From NCBI GenBank assembly GCA_002633005.1, contig NMRA01000249.1:267456-331455 (forward strand): DNA of 64,000 nucleotides. The letters are read 5' to 3'. Every line of letters starts with the position of its first letter. The stretch's first letter is position 1. The stretch comes from Phoronis australis (lineage: Eukaryota; Animalia; Phoronida). The position numbers and the translations under genes are program-made. The notes under the pieces were generated by a model. It saw only the letters and a list, made by a program, of their open reading frames with translations, was not told the origin of the DNA and made no database searches. Positions 61,211-64,000 of this stretch are shown here, piece by piece.

Positions 61211-64000
61211 AGGTACACCCTACCAGGGTTTTAAATGCAGACATATACACTGTACTTTAGTTTAGACGAAACCACTGAGAACAAGGGGATCTAAACTCGA
61301 AGACTCACCCAGAAGTTGTTCCATGTGGCCTGTGAGCCAGGGTTAAACAATTTATTGCAGCAGATGAACGCGAGTGTAGAATCTTCGTGTAAAATTGTGA
61401 CAGCATATGGAAAAAAGCAAATAGCCAGTGAATTCAAATAATGATGATAATCTTGCCCATTGGGAGAGAGGGGAGAGCGGCAACATTTAACGAGATGATT
61501 TAAAGATTCCCACTCATAAACATCTGGGATCTAAAAAAAATGGTCAGAAGTTGTGTAAACTGGTGTGCTGATAAAACGGGTGGGGTTTTACTTGATGTTT
61601 TACTGATAAAATCTATACAGAGATGAACAGATTGACTTGTGGCACCCGTGTGGCTTGAATAAACGTTGTATTTGACTCTTCTGTTTTGGTCCTAAGTTCA
61701 CCGTGCATCTTCAGATCATCATCTTCAGGTTAATGTGACATTGAAAAAGACTGAGACAGTTATAATACACGTAGTATATTGGGATTTTCTTAAAACATAG
61801 TCAAAATGTTGTCAAAGAATGTATTTAGGACTGATTTATAGTATAACAGGTATCAACAACAATATGAAAGCAATTTCTACAATAATCATAGACATATATT
61901 TTCTTTTAAAATACTAATTAGTCTGAACAAATTTATGTAAGTATTGCCCAATGACATGGCCATTTAAATCTACCTAAACACTACAAAAATGTACTGGTTC
62001 TGTTAGAGATCCTTTTGAAATAACACAAATATATAAAGAAACTTTAGGAAAACAGGTTCAAACCAAAACGTCAAAATACTATCACATCAGACAACTACCA
62101 ACCATAAACTCTGTAAATTTGAATAAATTATAGTGACTTAATAACCTTCAGCACTGGACTTAATGATTTCATTCATGATGTTTCTGCTTGCTATGCTTCT
62201 AGAGGGAGGCATACTGTTTGCATGACATTCCACATTCACCAAAAAAGGAGTTACCTCTTTCTGGCTCACCCTTTCCGTGAAACATTGATCACAGATAGGA
62301 CATTGAATCTACTTGGTTCCTGAGCACGATGCTCCATGTTGTGTTTTACTATATTGGTAAAAAACTTAACGCATGCAACGCGTCAATCACAGGGCTGGTA
62401 AAGGTCTTGCTTATTGTACTGTCACTGTGTTTTATTGCCATGTGGACATAGTAAGTCGATTTAATAGTTCCTAAACGAGGCTCCACAACATACTGTACAC
62501 ACACACACACTCCTTTCCGACATGCAGCAGTTGTAACATTCTTCTTTGAAGGCGTGGACGTTAACACACTGAAGGACTGGTCGTGTGGCTACAGTTCAAC
62601 TGAAAAAAATCAATCGTATTCTGTTATGTTTGTTAGGCTAAATCTCACTTAGAAGTGATGAAAAAACAATTAAATGTAATTAAAAACCTACACATCAACT
62701 CATTCAGGCTCCGTATTACTCTAAAATTCTTGACATAATACTGTAACTTAACGACTATTCTGTCCAATGCAGAGAAAAAAATGCGCGTTCACGATCGCTT
62801 TTTTGCTTTCACGATCGCCATAGAGAATTAACGACTTCGTTCCAGATAGTCGTCTCACGCAAGGACCTGCTTGTATCGTTAAATATCTCAAATTGTTTCA
62901 CAAATCATAAATAACAAAGGTGTCACAAGGTACAATTAAATTATAAATGTCACACGCCTCTAATTCTTAAGAACCCTGGAATTGCTAATAACAAGTAGAC
63001 ATTGTCGATTTTACGAGGGGCAAGGCATTTTACCGAAAGCCATTGTATTCTGAGCTCTTTATTTCAAAAAATAAGCAAAAGCCAAGTATTATTTCAGATC
63101 CACAACAAAGGTTACACTCTGACGCTTTTCTGCTTTTCTGTGTGTAGCATTCGTAGCAAAATGACCCCTATTTAAGGAGAAAATGACACTTAAACTCACC
63201 GGATACGTCATTGCATGTCGTCTGCCAATTTTGGTGCAAGGTCTCGTTTTCGATCGCCATTCGCGTTCTCGATCGTGGGTTGGCCGGGGTGGTATACGTG
63301 CACGCAAAATTTTTATGAATGATTTTTTTCAGCCTGCGTGACACGGCAGTCAAGTTGTATTTTACAGCAGCTACAGGCTTGGGGTGTACTAGTATATCTG
63401 CTATTTTCGGTGTTTTCGTTAGAGTTTGAGCTAAACGTATTTCTAAGTTGAAGTTTTCTTACATTTCTTGGTCGAGTAATACATGTGCAGGACACCCAGA
63501 ATTTGTGGATGATGCACGTTCAGACGCTTCTTAAAAATGCTCCTTGAGCGCGGTTTTTATCATTTGTAGGTAGAAAGTATTCCGAAATTTATCGTAAAAT
63601 TGACAAAAAGGCAGTGTTTACAAAAGTTGCAGTTTTGATTTGGACTTTTGATTGTTTTGAGAACGACTTTAAACATTGACTCACATAAAGAACATCAACT
63701 GTGTAGTGCAATAGGTGAGCAAATGAGGCAGGCATTAGTAATGCATATTGTTTTCCTAATTTCAAACATATTGGGGCAAGTTCGAGACTTTTTGTGATTT
63801 AAGCGTTGTACTCAGGTGCAAAATTTCTTGGTGTATTAAGAAACATTGTCAACGACATCTTTATTTAATTTTTGTTTAGATTTCAGAACTCTTATCATAG
63901 TAATGGCATGTGAAAATTTTGCGCATGGAGCTGAACCCAAAGTGATGTTATACATGTAACCATGTTTCTACCAAATGTAGGAGGGAATTTTGGAGAAAGA

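Noticed and set aside
278-63958. TACATGTA as p53 half-sites or another TF motif
   Set aside because: p53 half-site is RRRCWWGYYY, which TACATGTA flanks do not fit; sites are scattered in dead transposons and appear as insertions relative to paralogs.

Overview
Eukaryotic (animal, probably marine invertebrate) AT-rich genomic DNA from a draft assembly with N gaps. Main content: (1) a complete 16-exon SLC6 (Na+/Cl--dependent neurotransmitter/amino-acid transporter, GlyT/PROT-like) gene on the + strand, 2713-37916, 767 aa as I splice it, with all intron phases consistent; (2) an intact-looking tRNA-Ser(GCT) inside its intron 9; (3) a second + strand gene from 48979 (TATA box, probable signal peptide, beta-rich Cys-paired domain, thrombospondin type-1 repeat); (4) many DNA-transposon relics: an Academ/XPG-type element in intron 3, two THAP-domain (Kolobok-like) relics, several MITE families with readable TIRs/TSDs, and tRNA-derived SINE heads. 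The most striking unexplained signal is about 55 copies of the palindrome TACATGTA (about 2 expected). Paralogous repeats inside the window and a dead transposase reading frame show it arising as +6-nt CATGTA insertions at TA sites. That is the known Tc1/Tc3-type excision footprint, which suggests genome-wide transposon scarring, including one scar inside a probable splice donor.
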